Origin: Botryllus schlosseri
Lineage: Eukaryota
Length of the DNA stretch: 64,000 nt
Reading direction: 5' to 3'
Assembly (NCBI GenBank): GCA_051294905.1
Contig: CM119383.1
Span: 17,794,001-17,858,000, forward strand
The notes beneath the pieces were generated by a model, which did no database searches, was not told where the DNA came from, and was given only the letters and a program-made list of their open reading frames with translations. Of the stretch, positions 51,656-64,000 are shown piece after piece. The position numbers were made by a program, and so were the translations under genes. The stretch's first letter is position 1; each line of letters opens with the position of its first letter.

Positions 51656-51717
51656 GTCTTGCCTATACTATTACTGTCTGGGGGCGTAACCCCACAAGTT
51701 CTGTTTATATCATAGAT

Positions 51718-52562
51718 CAGGGGTCACCAACACGCGGCCTGCGGGCCGCATGCGTCCCACGAGGTCATATTTTGCGGCCCGCGACTTGATTTGAGATTTC
51801 GGAAGAAAGCTAAGAAAAATTTTGCAAATGCTGAAATTTACCTGCAATGGCCGAAATACTGCCAAGACCGAAACGCTTAGAAAACGGCTTAGGGCAGTGG
51901 TTCTGAAACTGTGGGGCGCGCCCCTTGTGGGGGCGTGTGAGCATCTGAAGGGGGCGCGGAGCTGCAGTCAACTGAAAAATTTTTCGCGCTATGCGCGATT
52001 TACCTCGAGTTCATACTTATAGTTATTGCTCTGTGTACAGTCCCGAATTCATATTATAGAATTCTCTTATCAACATTCATAACCACCCATGCCATTAAAA
52101 TATCCTTTCGGATTGCTAGCTTTATGGATGCATTTTGTGATGTGACAATAAGGGGGGACGCCAATTTTCAGTATCATAAAGCGGGACATGTCTAAAAAGG
52201 TTTGAGAACCACTGGCTTAGGGCTTCTTCACAAGATCAAGCTTTACGTGGAGATGGTCTTTCATCTAGTAACGTATCTCGCTAGCCCCAAAAAGCGTTTC
52301 AAGGTATCGTGCACAGCTCAGAGTTCAAAATAAAATGAAATTGATGACGGCGATATTATGTTGTATTTTTATTCCTTTAATAAAATGTTACTTCTTTTGT
52401 GATCACTATGCCCATCGCCTATGTTAGGTGGCACAGTGTTGTACTGATGTAGAGTTTTAGAACGTGGTTGCCTACTTTATATCGATATTGAATTCATGCG
52501 GCCCGCGGCCGCTACGAAATTTGAAAAGTGGCCCGCGACCCGTTTTGAGTTGGCGACCCCTG
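51718..52562. mobile_element. Charlie-type hAT MITE (GGCCCGC motifs)
   Basis: TIRs CAGGGGTCACCAAC / GTTGGCGACCCCTG; perfect TSD TCATAGAT (51710-51717, 52563-52570). Confidence 0.9.
51895..52214. mobile_element. hAT MITE nested in 51718-52562
   Basis: TIRs CAGTGGTTCTGAAAC / GTTTGAGAACCACTG; perfect TSD GCTTAGGG (51887-51894, 52215-52222). Confidence 0.92.
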
Positions 52563-53339
52563 TCATAGATGTTGTCTGTTTGTCATGGTCTCTACATATA
52601 TTGGTATGCGGCGACTCACGTTCTTGTTTACGCTCTCCATAATAGTAGTGTCATCCATCACCAAGGACCCGCAGAGTGGCGCAGCCGGAAAACGCAAATA
52701 ATGCGGCCTTAGATCCATACCTCGTGAGATCAGTAAGCTAACTAGATTTGGAGTCAAATCACTCCGTTACTCGTTTTCGACAAGCCCTAGTCGCGACACG
52801 ATGCAGACATGATAGCGTTACAGTTAGGATGGGCAATATCGAGTACCCATGTGATTTGATTCAAATTTAAGCATTAAGCTTCGAGTCGAGTAAAGTATTC
52901 GAGTAAGACTCCATATGACGTCGTAATAGTATGCACGGAAATCCAAATATGAACCTTTCATGCGACCACAATAAGGACTACCGATTCTACATCACATGAT
53001 GATCTTACCTTACCTATGTTATTGCAATTTGACACAAAGCTCTGGGTTGATCACAACTTTAACTTCACAAGAATATCATTCAACCTTCAAATTCATCAAC
53101 AGTATCGAAACTATAGTTCTCGCTGATAAATTTCCACTCGGTGAAGGGGCAGTAGAATTTCAGTACTTGAGAAAAAACGACATCTGCACCCGACACGAAT
53201 TATTAGAATTAATGCTCGTTTCAGATGCGATTACTCGGATAATTGTGAATTACCATACTTTACAGACATGATCACGTCACAGTGCACAAAACACATAAGA
53301 GATAAAACCCACTATCGCCCGCACCCAAAAATCGAACGG

Positions 53340-64000
<10,661 letters not shown>

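Overview
Eukaryotic (animal) genomic DNA, not prokaryotic. Minimal introns of 61-65 nt, mosaic CpG depletion and the level of protein divergence suggest an invertebrate chordate, probably a tunicate (inference). Two spliced genes lie on the minus strand. (1) A complete CPEB2/3/4 (Orb2-class) gene, 11 coding exons at 10559-48999, ~800 aa: Q/N/S-rich low-complexity N-terminus, two RRMs and a ZZ finger, a 22-kb CpG-rich intron and a probable ~3.3-kb TE-free 3'UTR. (2) A ZNF143/ZNF76 (Staf) orthologue with seven C2H2 fingers, 53340 to the window edge. The rest is dominated by non-autonomous hAT-type DNA transposons with readable 8-bp target-site duplications, including a six-level nest at 2.5-7.1 kb and a 27-bp micro-element. 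There are also palindromic MITEs, a LINE remnant (RNase H + CCHC), a SINE remnant and an intronic hAT carrying an unusual transposase fragment. All exon boundaries, TSDs and motif counts were read by hand; no database search was run. No wholly new multi-gene system is evident. The best leads are the odd hAT transposase lineage, the CPEB 3'UTR code, the microexon-equivalent exon and the CpG-rich giant intron.
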